From a virus (lineage: Duplodnaviria; Heunggongvirae; Uroviricota; Caudoviricetes), in IMG/VR virus record IMGVR_UViG_2623620495_000015: DNA of 34,582 nt; one strand, 5' to 3'. This document shows, piece by piece, positions 25,037 through 34,582 of the stretch. The translations under genes were made by a program, and so were the position numbers. The notes beneath the pieces are model-generated. The model ran no database searches, had not been told where the DNA came from, and saw only the letters and a list, made by a program, of their open reading frames with translations. Each line of letters starts with the position of its first letter. Position 1 is the stretch's first letter.

Positions 25037-27308
25037 TTTCAAAGTTGGCATGACCCTGACTGCGAAGGACGAAGCCTCGCAGGTTCTGGAAAAGGGACAA
25101 AAACAGGTTATCAAAGCCACCGAAGGTGTAACAAAGGCAACACGGAAGGCAGGCGCAGAGCAGAAGCGTACCGAGCAGGAAAGCGTTAACAGCACGAAAA
25201 AGGCCGCAAAAGAGATACAGCGTGCCGCCCGTGCCCGGGAAACGCTCGGTATTCGTGCAGAGCGTGAGATCCGGCGTGAAATTTATCAGACGGTTGCCAG
25301 TTATAACCGTCTGGCCCGCGCCGGTTTTGAATCTGCGCAGGAGCAGGAGCGCGCCATGCAGGCCACCCGGGAAAAAGCCCGGGCACTCAAGCGCGAACTG
25401 GATGGCGTTACTCAGGCTCAGATGAAGATGGCGAAAACGCCTGTTATCCCTGAACAGGGGCGTTTTGCCCGTGCGGCTGCATTTGGCGGGAATGCCGTGA
25501 CAACAGGCGCTGGTATCGCAGCAGGTGCGGCCATTATGGCACAGCCGGTCAAAAAGCAGATGAGCTACGACCGCCAGCTGGCAATGATGGCCAATACCGC
25601 CTTCAGTGATGGCGGTCTGGAGGGGCGCAGGGCTGGTCTTGAGCAGATGAAAAGCAGCATCCGTAACGCAGTGACCTATGGTGGCGGCACGAAAGAGGAT
25701 GCAGCCGAAACGCTGGATGCCCTGTTGAAAGATGGCGGTATTTCATTTGAAACAGCCAGTAAGTGGCTGCCTGAACTGATGAAATACGCCACGGCTTCCG
25801 GTGCATCAGCGACAGACCTGGCTAATGTGATGCTTAAGGGCAAAAAGACTTTTGGATTCAGGGATGAAGATATTTCCACCGTTCTGAATATGGCAATTGC
25901 AGCGGGCAAAGAAGGCAGCTTTGAGTTGAGCGACATGGCCCGATGGTTATCTTCGCAACTGGGGTCAGCGTCAGCTGCGGGGATGAGAGGCAAGGATGAT
26001 TTTGTCAAGATTCTGGCACTGAATGAAGCTGCTGCCATCACGGCGGGAAGCAGTGGTGAGGCCGGAAATAACGTGTTTAACCTGCTGGCTAAACTGACCA
26101 GCCACGATATTGAAACAGCGGCAAAGAGCATTGATTACAACGGTAAAGGAATTGATTTTTCCGGTACGCTGGTTCAGGCGCGCGAGCATGGGCTTGATCC
26201 GATAGATGCGCTGTCCAGCCTGATAGACAAAATCGTTGCCAGCGATAAACGCTTTCAGGAGTTGCAAAAGAAACTGGCCTCTGCCCGGGATAAAGGTGAG
26301 CAGACGGCTGTTTACGATTCGATGGCAAAACTCCTTGAAGGCTTTGGTGTCGGGAAACTGGTTGCAGACCAACAGGCGTTAAAAGCGTTGCTGGCTTACC
26401 GTAACAACCCTGAATACCGGAAAAAGGTTGAAGACGCGATTAATCAGCAGCGCACTCTGCCGGAAGGTCAGCGCGCGGGTGATGTGGATTTTAACTTCAT
26501 ATCCGGCCTCAATGACTTTAAAACCGAACAGGCTAAAAACACGCTTGAATTTTCACAAATGGACAGCGTGAAAAAGCTGGCTGATGCGTCCGGTACTGTG
26601 GCTGATGCCATAAGCTGGGCGGGTGAAAAGTTTCCGGGACTGACCACGGCAGTGGTGGGGGCCACGACAGCCATTGAAGCGATGACCGCAGCGGCCCTGA
26701 CATGGGCCGGGATCAAAATCCTGACCGGGGGTAAACCCGGTGGCAAGGCTGGCGAGGTTGTCGGTGATGTAATTGAAAACACGGTCAAAAAAGGCAAAGG
26801 ATTTAAATTCCCCGGCATCGCCGGTAGCCTGCTTTCTTTCGGTGGCACCGTTACGGCACTGGCCACCGCAACCAGCCCGGAAGAAGACACCGCCGTCGAA
26901 GGAAGCGAGGAGCGCTGGAAAAATATACGGGCTAAATATCCTCAGTGGCTGATTGATGCTGCCCGTGAAAAATATCAGCCGTGGTGGCAGTTTGGCGAAG
27001 GTTACTCAACAGAAAACGAGAAATGGATCCAGCAGTATCTTGACGAACTGAAAAAAACCGGGGTTATCGCCGGTGATTCTCTGCCAACACCAGAACAAGT
27101 CCGACAGCAAGCCGGAATGGCAGCGTCTGAAACGGCATCAAAGCAACCCGGACGCATCACCCAGCCGGAATACCTCACGCACTGGGGACCACCTGCCAGC
27201 CCCATTAATTTCACCACACAACTGGTGCTTGATGGTCAGGTCGTGGCGGAGGCGGTGAATAAATACAACCTTCAGGACGGTAACAGAGGCACGGGGGGAA
27301 CTTACTGA
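25026..27308 (+). CDS. tail tape measure protein (Mu gp42-like)
   Basis: 760-aa ORF; long Ala/Gly-rich helical protein in the canonical position. Confidence 0.8.
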   Translation: MAGNFKVGMTLTAKDEASQVLEKGQKQVIKATEGVTKATRKAGAEQKRTEQESVNSTKKAAKEIQRAARARETLGIRAEREIRREIYQTVASYNRLARAGFESAQEQERAMQATREKARALKRELDGVTQAQMKMAKTPVIPEQGRFARAAAFGGNAVTTGAGIAAGAAIMAQPVKKQMSYDRQLAMMANTAFSDGGLEGRRAGLEQMKSSIRNAVTYGGGTKEDAAETLDALLKDGGISFETASKWLPELMKYATASGASATDLANVMLKGKKTFGFRDEDISTVLNMAIAAGKEGSFELSDMARWLSSQLGSASAAGMRGKDDFVKILALNEAAAITAGSSGEAGNNVFNLLAKLTSHDIETAAKSIDYNGKGIDFSGTLVQAREHGLDPIDALSSLIDKIVASDKRFQELQKKLASARDKGEQTAVYDSMAKLLEGFGVGKLVADQQALKALLAYRNNPEYRKKVEDAINQQRTLPEGQRAGDVDFNFISGLNDFKTEQAKNTLEFSQMDSVKKLADASGTVADAISWAGEKFPGLTTAVVGATTAIEAMTAAALTWAGIKILTGGKPGGKAGEVVGDVIENTVKKGKGFKFPGIAGSLLSFGGTVTALATATSPEEDTAVEGSEERWKNIRAKYPQWLIDAAREKYQPWWQFGEGYSTENEKWIQQYLDELKKTGVIAGDSLPTPEQVRQQAGMAASETASKQPGRITQPEYLTHWGPPASPINFTTQLVLDGQVVAEAVNKYNLQDGNRGTGGTY

Positions 27309-28657
27309 TGGGCTGGGCTGAAAACCTGCAAAACGCCTCCTTTCGTGGCGTGCAGTTTGACGTACTGAACACGGACGAACAAATCAGCCGCGACCATGCG
27401 GTCTATGAATACCCGTTTGTTGACGGGGCGGATTTGCACGACCTCGGACGCAAGGCGCGACCGTTCCGCATGACGGCGTTCCTGTGGGGGGAGTATTACG
27501 AATATAAACTTGAAAAGCTGATCGCCGCCCTGGACGAAGGCGGCGATGGTGAGCTGATTCACCCGGTTTACGGCTCCGTACCGTCGGTGATTGTGACCGG
27601 CTACAGCATTCGCCATGACGCAGAAAGCCCGGACAGCTGCACCATCGACATGAGTTTTCTGGAGAACCGCACCGGCAGCGCGTTGTTCAGCACCCCGTTA
27701 CCGGAGCTGTTTGCACAGCAGTTATTTGAAGAACTGGATAAGTTACTGGCACAGTTAAGCGAATTATTTGACGCTGTTACGGCCCCTTTAAAGACCATTA
27801 ACAGCGTGATTAAAAAAATCCAGACGGTACGCGCCACGCTGGTGAATACCCTGCTGACATTCAAAAGCGATTTTCTCTCATCCATCGACAATATGATGTC
27901 GCTGGCCAGCGAACCCGGAAAGTTCATCGGCGGGCTGGCAGAGGTGCTGGAAATCCACACGTCAGATGTCGGGCACGCAGTGCCGGTGCTGGAGCGTACT
28001 GATTCCGCCACCACGACCGGACTGACCGGGGAAGACAGCGTCGCCAGTTCTGCGACAGTGATGACCTGCTGGAATGAGGTGATGGCAGATATGGATGAGC
28101 TGGTCGCGCTGCCGGTCGCACTGGTCAGCGGTGATAAAACGCCGTCTGTGGCACTTCCGCCGGATGCGTCCGTGGAAGACGTGCAGGACGTGAAAGCGGC
28201 TTATGCGGTTCTGGCGGCCTCAGAGCTGGCCAGCGTGGCGACGGCGATACTGTCCGATGAAGCCCAGTCAGAGCAGCTTATACCGGCGGATATCGGGCGA
28301 CTGGTCGGGGATGTGCGCACCCGCTTACAGGCCGCCATCACGCTGTTCCGTGAACGCTATGAAGGCGAACGCGAACGGATAACCGAAACCGCATCACCAC
28401 TGGGGCTGATGTACCCGGAAATCATTCAGAGCATGAAGAACGTGGCGGCATCCGTGCAGGATGTCGGCCTGCTGGTTCTGTCACGCCGCCCACCGCTGAC
28501 GCAGAAACAGGTGCAGGCGGACAGCTGTCTGCTGTTGCTGGCGTGGCAGTGGTACGGCGACTACAGCCGTGCGGCAGAGCTGCAACGTCTGAACCCGCAG
28601 CTGCGTGACCCGAACAACATAACCGCCGGGATGGTGATTAATGCCTACGCAAAATAA
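27308..28657 (+). CDS. DNA circularisation protein (Mu N/gp43-like)
   Basis: 449 aa; N-terminus WAENLQNASFRGVQFDVL typical of Mu N-family proteins; C-terminal LysM-like segment. Confidence 0.75.
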   Translation: MGWAENLQNASFRGVQFDVLNTDEQISRDHAVYEYPFVDGADLHDLGRKARPFRMTAFLWGEYYEYKLEKLIAALDEGGDGELIHPVYGSVPSVIVTGYSIRHDAESPDSCTIDMSFLENRTGSALFSTPLPELFAQQLFEELDKLLAQLSELFDAVTAPLKTINSVIKKIQTVRATLVNTLLTFKSDFLSSIDNMMSLASEPGKFIGGLAEVLEIHTSDVGHAVPVLERTDSATTTGLTGEDSVASSATVMTCWNEVMADMDELVALPVALVSGDKTPSVALPPDASVEDVQDVKAAYAVLAASELASVATAILSDEAQSEQLIPADIGRLVGDVRTRLQAAITLFRERYEGERERITETASPLGLMYPEIIQSMKNVAASVQDVGLLVLSRRPPLTQKQVQADSCLLLLAWQWYGDYSRAAELQRLNPQLRDPNNITAGMVINAYAK

Positions 28658-29852
28658 CGACGACAAAATCAGCCTGGTCATTGCCGGAAGGTCGCATTCT
28701 GACTGGAGCAGTTATCGTATTGACAGCGATTTCCTGAAAGCCGCCGACGGCTGGCAGCTTCAGCTGGGACTGCCTGAAAAGGTGTTCCCGGCGGATATCG
28801 TCCGGGGTGCGCCGGTCCGTTTGCAGGTGGGAGACGAGACGGTCCTCAGTGGTCGCGTGGACAGCGTGCGCCGCAGTGTATCCCGTCAGAGCTGCACGCT
28901 GACCCTGTCCGGGCGTGATGATGCCGCCATCCTGGTGGACTGTGCCGCACCGGTGTTCAGCGCCAATCAGCTGACGCTGGACGAGGTCATCGACAGGATT
29001 GTCAGACCGCTGGGGATACAGCGCATCCGTATTCAGGCGTCCGGTGTGTCACGTAATGACAAGGTCGTTATAGAGCCGGGGATGCGTGCGTGGGATGCAC
29101 TGGCTAAAGCTGCCGCCGGTCGCGGCTTATGGCCGTGGTTTGAGCCTGACGGTACGCTGGTTGTGGGTGGCCCTGACTACACCACCACGCCGGTGGATAC
29201 ACTGATTATGAAGCTGGACGGCACCGGGAACAACGTGATGGAGCTGGACGATACCCGGTCCATTAACGGCTGTTTCTCCGAGCTGACGGTGCTGGCCCAG
29301 AGCCACGCCCGCCGCGCAGACAGCAAGAAACAGGTGGCCGTGGTGCCGCTGGATATCTGGAACGAGGACGGCAGCGTGCGCACATTATCCGGGCAGGACA
29401 GCGGTAATACAGGCAGTGGTCAGACAGGCATTCATAACATGAAAGCCGTGGCCACCGACCCCACCGTGGATTATTACCGCCCGCAGATAATCACCCAGGG
29501 CGACACCAGTAACATGGAGCAGGTGAACTGGCGCGCAAAAAAAATGATGAGTGATGCCCGCCTGTCGGGGCTGGATATCGTCGCACTGGTTGCAGGCCAT
29601 CGCACGGCGGATGGTGTCCTGTGGCAGCCCGGCCAGCGTGTGCGGATTGTCAGCGAACCCCACGGCATCGATGCCATTTTTTTTCTGATGGGCCGCGAGT
29701 TCAGCGGAGGCCGGAGCGGGCAGACAACCCGGCTCCGCTTTAAGGAGGATGGCGTGTGGATACCTGATGCCTTCCCACGCGAGAAGAAACGCCATCACCG
29801 CAGGGGCAAAAAGAAAAAAGAGGTCGCCATTGTTAAGGTCTGGGAGAAATGA
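28641..29852 (+). CDS. baseplate hub protein (Mu P/gp44-like)
   Basis: 403-aa ORF in the canonical position. Confidence 0.75.
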   Translation: MPTQNNDDKISLVIAGRSHSDWSSYRIDSDFLKAADGWQLQLGLPEKVFPADIVRGAPVRLQVGDETVLSGRVDSVRRSVSRQSCTLTLSGRDDAAILVDCAAPVFSANQLTLDEVIDRIVRPLGIQRIRIQASGVSRNDKVVIEPGMRAWDALAKAAAGRGLWPWFEPDGTLVVGGPDYTTTPVDTLIMKLDGTGNNVMELDDTRSINGCFSELTVLAQSHARRADSKKQVAVVPLDIWNEDGSVRTLSGQDSGNTGSGQTGIHNMKAVATDPTVDYYRPQIITQGDTSNMEQVNWRAKKMMSDARLSGLDIVALVAGHRTADGVLWQPGQRVRIVSEPHGIDAIFFLMGREFSGGRSGQTTRLRFKEDGVWIPDAFPREKKRHHRRGKKKKEVAIVKVWEK

Positions 29853-30502
29853 TGTGGGACAAGGTTAATCAGCGCATACAGCAGGCACTGGCCGCCGTTC
29901 GCCAGGCATTCAGGGTGGTGACCGGTACGGTGGACAGTTCGACCAAAGTACAGCTACTTCAGCTGAACGGGCTGGCAGGCGAACAGCTGGACGGTGCGGA
30001 GTATTTTCAGCATTACGGCCTCACCACATCCCCGCCGCCCGGCTCGATGGGTATTGCCGTTCCGCTGAATGGTAATACCTCCCATACCGTCGTCGTGGCC
30101 ACAGAGCACGGCGCATATCGCCTGACGGAACTGAAACCCGGCGAGGTGGCGCTGTATACCGACGAAGGCGCGAAAATCGTACTGAAGCGCGGGCGGGTTA
30201 TTGAGCATGAATGTGATGTTTATCGCGTGAAATGCAAACGCTATGAGGTTGAGGCAGAGGAGAACGCCGCATTCACGACACCGTTACTGACAGTCAGCGA
30301 TAAGCTGACTGTGGAAGGTAAAATCACCGGCAACGGTGGCATGGCCATCCGTGGAGGCAAGAAATACGCTGCCACCTTTGAAGGCAATATCAACCATGTG
30401 GGAGGTGTGATTACCTCCGTTGACGTCACCATTAATGGCGTTAAAATCGGAACACACAAACACGATACCCCTCACGGCATATCCGGCCTGCCGCATAATT
30501 AA
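29849..30502 (+). CDS. baseplate spike/assembly protein (Mu gp45, gpV-like)
   Basis: 217-aa ORF with ATGA overlap upstream. Confidence 0.7.
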   Translation: MMWDKVNQRIQQALAAVRQAFRVVTGTVDSSTKVQLLQLNGLAGEQLDGAEYFQHYGLTTSPPPGSMGIAVPLNGNTSHTVVVATEHGAYRLTELKPGEVALYTDEGAKIVLKRGRVIEHECDVYRVKCKRYEVEAEENAAFTTPLLTVSDKLTVEGKITGNGGMAIRGGKKYAATFEGNINHVGGVITSVDVTINGVKIGTHKHDTPHGISGLPHN

Positions 30503-30515
30503 GTGCTGAACACCC
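30503..30515 (+). promoter_or_regulatory. candidate late-promoter activator site 3 (GTGCTGAACACCC), between gp45-like and gp46-like genes
   Basis: Exact 13-mer starting 1 nt after the gp45 stop, about 40 nt upstream of the gp46 ATG. Confidence 0.45.
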
Positions 30516-30555
30516 TCACCTGATTCTGACCTGTCCATGCTGCCAGACTGGCGGC

Positions 30556-30906
30556 ATGGACCAGACGATTTCACCTGCAACCGGCGACTACGAACGCCGC
30601 CGGATTTATACACTCCATAACGCGGTTTATCTGCGACTGGCGACACCGCTTGGCAGTTACTGGGCGGATGCGTCGCTGGGGTCACGCCTGCACGAACTGA
30701 AGCGGAAAAAAGACGTTTCCCGTGTTCACAGGCTGGCGGCGCAGTATGCCAGCCAGGCACTTCAGCCCCTGCTTGATGACGGGCGGGCAAAATCCATTAC
30801 CGTTGACACGAAAGCGGGCCAGCGCGGCTGGCTGTTGCTGTTAATCACCGTCACGGATAACGCGGGCACACCGCAGACGTTTGAACACCCTGTGAGGATT
30901 ATGTAA
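30556..30906 (+). CDS. baseplate protein (Mu gp46-like)
   Basis: 116-aa ORF; position and recalled similarity to the GP46 family. Confidence 0.65.
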   Translation: MDQTISPATGDYERRRIYTLHNAVYLRLATPLGSYWADASLGSRLHELKRKKDVSRVHRLAAQYASQALQPLLDDGRAKSITVDTKAGQRGWLLLLITVTDNAGTPQTFEHPVRIM

Positions 30907-31985
30907 TGCCGTTTCCTGTTCCGGGCGTTGCTGAAAACACAGAACGCCAGCTACGTGATATCGCTAACGCCCTGCCGGGAGAAACCATAGATACCGGCGC
31001 TGACAGCGATTACCGCATTCGTGCCAATGCCGTATCCGGCGTGGCGGACGGACTGTATATGCATCAGGGATGGATCCTCCGTCAGGTGTTTCCTGACACG
31101 GCAGACCCTGAATATCTGGAGCTGCACTGTCGCACGCGCAATGTTTTTCGTAAAAAAGCAACAGCCTCATCCGGTCCGGTGGTGATTACCGGCACACCCG
31201 GTAAGACACTGCCAGCCGGTGCGGAAATTCGTGGTGAAGGTGTCAGCGTGGCCACCACAGCAGACTGCACCATCGGTGATGAAGGCAGCGCAGAGGTGAC
31301 GGTAAAAAGCACCGCCACGGGTGCACAGAAGAATGCATCCACGACGCAGACGGCAACGCTGGTCAGTCCGCCGGAAGGCATCAACAGCACGGTGACGATT
31401 AAATCCCTGACCGGCGGAACGGACAGGGAAAGCGACGCCGACCTGCTGGCGCGTTATCTGGATATTCTGCGCAGACCGCCCGCTGGCGGTAACAAATATG
31501 ATTACAAACGCTGGGCGCTGGAAGTGGATGGCGTTACGTCTGCGTATGTGGAGCCGTTGCGCCGTGGTCTGGGGACGGTTGATGTGGCCATTACGTCAGC
31601 CAATGACCTTCCCTCGCAGGAACTGATTAATGCCGTGCTGGCTCATATCGAGGAAGTCCGCCCGGTGACAGCGAAGGACACGATGGTGCTGGCCCCGACG
31701 AAAAAAGCCGTTGATTTCGTTGTCCGGGTAAAAACCAGTGGTCTGACCGTTGAGCAGATAAAACCACAGATAACTGACGTTATCACGGATTTTATGAACC
31801 GACTGGAGCCGGGGCAGGAATTAATTATTTCACAACTGGAAACCCAGATTTCATTAATTTCCGGTGTCAGTGACCGGCGAATCATTACGCCAGCAGACAA
31901 CGTAAAAGCCATTATTAACGCGTCAACGTGGGAATGGTTGCGCCCGGGAAATATTGATATTCAGCCTTTTCCACGTGAGGGGTGA
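30906..31985 (+). CDS. baseplate J-like protein (Mu gp47-like)
   Basis: 359-aa ORF; TAATG overlap with gp46. Confidence 0.75.
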   Translation: MPFPVPGVAENTERQLRDIANALPGETIDTGADSDYRIRANAVSGVADGLYMHQGWILRQVFPDTADPEYLELHCRTRNVFRKKATASSGPVVITGTPGKTLPAGAEIRGEGVSVATTADCTIGDEGSAEVTVKSTATGAQKNASTTQTATLVSPPEGINSTVTIKSLTGGTDRESDADLLARYLDILRRPPAGGNKYDYKRWALEVDGVTSAYVEPLRRGLGTVDVAITSANDLPSQELINAVLAHIEEVRPVTAKDTMVLAPTKKAVDFVVRVKTSGLTVEQIKPQITDVITDFMNRLEPGQELIISQLETQISLISGVSDRRIITPADNVKAIINASTWEWLRPGNIDIQPFPREG

Positions 31986-31989
31986 TTTT

Positions 31990-32562
31990 ATGAATATGGT
32001 CGATTTATTTCGCGCCATGCTGCCACCTGTCAGTTATGACCTGAACGGGAAATATATTTCCGCAGAACTGACCGCCGAGGCTGACGTCATGGAGGCCGTG
32101 AAGGCGTCAGCGGCGCGCGTTCTGGCACAAATCACCCCGTTACAGGCATCGATGACGCTGTCCGACTGGGAGCGCGTGTACGGTGTTGTCCCCCGTGAAG
32201 GGGCAACACAACAGGAGCGGCGGCAGAACATTCTGGTAAAAATGGCAGCTACGGGCGGGCTGTCAATCCCTTACTTTAAGAGCCTTGCCGCCAGTCTGGG
32301 CTATACCATCACCATTACGGAGCCGCGACCGTTCCGGGTGGGGATAAACCGCTGCGGCGACCGTCTGCTGATACCGGAAATCCGCTGGGCGTGGCAGGTC
32401 AACGTTATCGGGACAAAAACACCTGTCTACCGTTTCAGAACGGGCGCATCGGCAACCGGCGAACCGCTGACGGCCTTTGGTGAATCCATTTTAGAAAACA
32501 CGTTTAAAGACCTTAAACCGGCTTTTACAGACTGTTATTTCACGTATGAGGTGGAGGAATAA
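31990..32562 (+). CDS. tail protein (Mu gp48-like)
   Basis: ATG 31990 (track ORF begins at 31954 inside gp47); about 190 aa. Confidence 0.65.
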   Translation: MNMVDLFRAMLPPVSYDLNGKYISAELTAEADVMEAVKASAARVLAQITPLQASMTLSDWERVYGVVPREGATQQERRQNILVKMAATGGLSIPYFKSLAASLGYTITITEPRPFRVGINRCGDRLLIPEIRWAWQVNVIGTKTPVYRFRTGASATGEPLTAFGESILENTFKDLKPAFTDCYFTYEVEE

Positions 32563-33365
32563 TGCGGAATTTAATGCCCCCGGTGAATACGCCGGATAAG
32601 TTATTTCATGACGGTGACCCGACTCAGGGAATTGAGGGAACCATCGTTACTGCTGAATTTATGAATAATCATCAGGCAGCGACGCGTGATTTGCAGCAGG
32701 AGGTGATTAACGTTCTTAAGGAGGCTGGCGTCACCCCGGACCCGGAAAAACAAAACCAGCTGGTTGAGGCGCTGACCTCGTTTATTGGCCAGAAAGTCCC
32801 GGATGCATCGCTGACGCAAAAAGGCGTGGTACAGCTTAACAGCGCTGTTAACAGTGAATCAGAAACAGAAGCTGCCACACCAAAAGCGGTCAAGATTGCG
32901 ATGGATAACGCAAACGCCAGGCTCGCAAAAGACCGTAACGGCGCAGACATCCCGAATAAACAATTGTTTCTGGATAACATCGGCGGTGCGCCGAAAACGC
33001 GCAAAATTAACAATATGCCCCTGACGTCGGATATCACCATCAACAACATCGGCGGCAATGCCGGAACGGCAACCCGGCTTCAGACGGCCCGCAGGATTAA
33101 CAATGTGCTGTTTGATGGCTCCAGAGATATCACCATCAGCAGCACCGATTCTGGTGCAGTACGTGATTTCAGATACACCAGCGAAGTGTTTCACAATCCC
33201 GGTGGTAACCAAATTTCCTGGGTATTCCGCGCGCCTTCAGGGTGTATTTTGTCAGGTATTAACGTTCAGGAAACTGGCAAAAGCTCTGCGGATAACATCG
33301 GGGGTGTGTATTACAAACAAACTCAGATTTATATCAATGGCGGATGGCGCACGGTATCCGGCTAA
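32562..33365 (+). CDS. tail fibre protein (Mu S/gp49 position), short form
   Basis: 267 aa; KGVVQLNSAVNSESETEAATPKAVKIAMDNAN matches the conserved motif of lambda Stf / P2 H-type fibres (memory). Confidence 0.7.
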   Translation: MRNLMPPVNTPDKLFHDGDPTQGIEGTIVTAEFMNNHQAATRDLQQEVINVLKEAGVTPDPEKQNQLVEALTSFIGQKVPDASLTQKGVVQLNSAVNSESETEAATPKAVKIAMDNANARLAKDRNGADIPNKQLFLDNIGGAPKTRKINNMPLTSDITINNIGGNAGTATRLQTARRINNVLFDGSRDITISSTDSGAVRDFRYTSEVFHNPGGNQISWVFRAPSGCILSGINVQETGKSSADNIGGVYYKQTQIYINGGWRTVSG

Positions 33366-33379
33366 TTAAGGAGAAAATA

Positions 33380-33904
33380 ATGGAACTCAGAAACGTCACG
33401 CGTTATTACCCGGAAGAAATGCCTTATGGTGAAAACATTCAGTATTTCCGTAGTGAAGACGGACAGGATTTTTATGAATCACTGGATAAATTCACGAAGA
33501 AATACAAATTGTGCATTCACCCGGAAACCGGCGTGATTTATTCAATGGCAGAAGACGTGTCCCGTCTTTATCCTGTTGGTTTTACCATTGTGGAAGTGGA
33601 TGAGCTGCCGGAGGGTTTTGGCATCGAAGCCAGCTGGTATTACCGGGATGGCGAAGTACTGCCAGTTCCTGTTGATTATTCGAAACTGGCAGAAAAGCAA
33701 CGTCAGCGCCTGCTGAATGAAGCAAAGGAAATCACCTCCGACTGGAAAACCGAGCTGGAGCTGGGCACCCTCAGCGATGATGACAAAGCCCGTCTTACGC
33801 AATGGATGGCATATATCAAAGCGGTAAAGGCGCTGGATTTAAGTCAGGTCAGTGATGAATCCTCCTTTTATTTAATTCAGTGGCCGGAAAAACCGGGCGT
33901 GTAA
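33380..33904 (+). CDS. tail fibre assembly protein (Tfa; Mu U/gp50-like)
   Basis: ATG 11 nt after AAGGAG; about 174 aa; typical Tfa size and position. Confidence 0.7.
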   Translation: MELRNVTRYYPEEMPYGENIQYFRSEDGQDFYESLDKFTKKYKLCIHPETGVIYSMAEDVSRLYPVGFTIVEVDELPEGFGIEASWYYRDGEVLPVPVDYSKLAEKQRQRLLNEAKEITSDWKTELELGTLSDDDKARLTQWMAYIKAVKALDLSQVSDESSFYLIQWPEKPGV

Positions 33905-33911
33905 AAACAAT

Positions 33912-33937
33912 AACGGTCGCTGTCTGGCGACCGTTTT
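33912..33937 (+). terminator. intrinsic terminator after the tail fibre assembly gene
   Basis: AACGGTCGC (33912-33920), loop TGTCTG, GCGACCGTT (33927-33935), then T-rich tail. Confidence 0.5.
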
Positions 33938-33952
33938 CAGTTCAGAGGCTTT

Positions 33953-34582
33953 ATGTCTGTATTAATTTCAGGTGCGCTGATTAATGGCGCTGGTGTTCCG
34001 ATGGCGGAATGCAAAATTTATTTAGATGCACTGGTTAATACCAGTGAAGTGGTCACTGAATCATTTGCGGTTATTGAAACCGATGCGGCGGGACAGTATG
34101 CCTTTAAAGCACAAAAAGGCAAATACACCGTACACATCAAGCAAAAGAACGGCCCCAAGTGCTGCGTGGGTGACATTTCGGTTTACGACGACTCAAAGCC
34201 CGGCACGCTGAACGACTTTCTGACTGCCCTTGATGAAAGCGATTTAAAGCCGGATGTAGTGAAACGCTTTGAGGAACTGGCGCAACAGGCACAGCAGAGC
34301 GCGGAAGCCGCCGCTGGCAGCGAACAACAGGCAGGACAACACGCCACTGATGCACAGCAGATTAAGGCCGACTGTCAGGCGCTGGCGAAAGACGTACAGC
34401 AGAACGCCGACGCGGTTGCGGAGGGTAAACAACAGGCCGAAAATCTGGTCTCACAGGTTGAGAATGCCGCCGAGGAGGTAAAAAAGGACGCTGAAGCTGC
34501 TAAACAGGCCGCATCTGATGCAGAGCATGTCAGGGAGGATATTGATACTGCGTTATCTGCGACACTGAAAACGGCGAATCGT
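33953..34582 (+). CDS. side tail fibre protein, N-terminal part (lambda Stf-like), truncated by window end
   Basis: Translated manually: 210 codons with no stop to the window edge (absent from the track because no stop is in-window); N-terminus MSVLISGALINGAGVPMAECKIY... and ISVYDDSKPGTLNDFL match the lambda Stf N-terminal domain; Ala/Gln-rich coiled region follows. Confidence 0.65.
   Translation, partial: MSVLISGALINGAGVPMAECKIYLDALVNTSEVVTESFAVIETDAAGQYAFKAQKGKYTVHIKQKNGPKCCVGDISVYDDSKPGTLNDFLTALDESDLKPDVVKRFEELAQQAQQSAEAAAGSEQQAGQHATDAQQIKADCQALAKDVQQNADAVAEGKQQAENLVSQVENAAEEVKKDAEAAKQAASDAEHVREDIDTALSATLKTANR

Larger units (their letters stand above)
1..34582 (+). mobile_element. Mu-like transposable prophage, partial (ner through tail fibre genes; both ends outside the window)
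   Basis: Uninterrupted + strand gene array ner-A-B-early genes-gemA-mor/C-lysis-terminase-portal-F-G-I-T-sheath-tube-TMP-N-P-baseplate-S-U, co-linear with phage Mu. No attL/attR or repressor gene inside the window. Confidence 0.85.

Noticed and set aside
1-34582. CRISPR arrays, tRNA/rRNA genes, additional IS elements
   Set aside because: No regularly spaced short direct repeats, no tRNA-like cloverleaf regions and no second transposase-like ORF were noticed on reading; an automated scan would be needed to exclude small RNAs.
32562-34582. Mu G-segment style invertible host-range region
   Set aside because: All fibre and Tfa genes in the window are on the + strand and I saw no flanking inverted repeats or invertase; inversion elements could still lie downstream of the window.

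Overview
The window is almost entirely one Mu-like transposable prophage on the + strand, starting at ner and running through A (DDE transposase), B (AAA+ target activator), a ~6 kb semi-essential early region of small unknown genes, gemA, a Mor/C-family activator, a lysis cassette, terminase, portal, head, tail, baseplate and tail-fibre genes. The repressor/left end lies upstream of position 1 and the last gene (a lambda-Stf-like side tail fibre) runs off the 3' edge. Gene order from terminase to tail-fibre assembly is co-linear with phage Mu (gp27 to gp50). All family assignments are from reading the translated ORFs and from memory of these families; no database search was run. No tRNA, rRNA, CRISPR array or second transposase was seen. 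The most interesting signals are: a 13-bp motif present three times upstream of late modules; an 18-bp duplication of the B gene 3' end bracketing an inserted gene; two paralogous stem-loop modules with compensatory changes upstream of an unknown gene pair; an AT-rich secreted-protein moron between gemA and mor; and palindromes in the G-I intergenic region, where Mu carries its strong gyrase site. Any novel system most likely sits among the unassigned early genes at 3.2-10.2 kb, but I cannot name its function from sequence alone.
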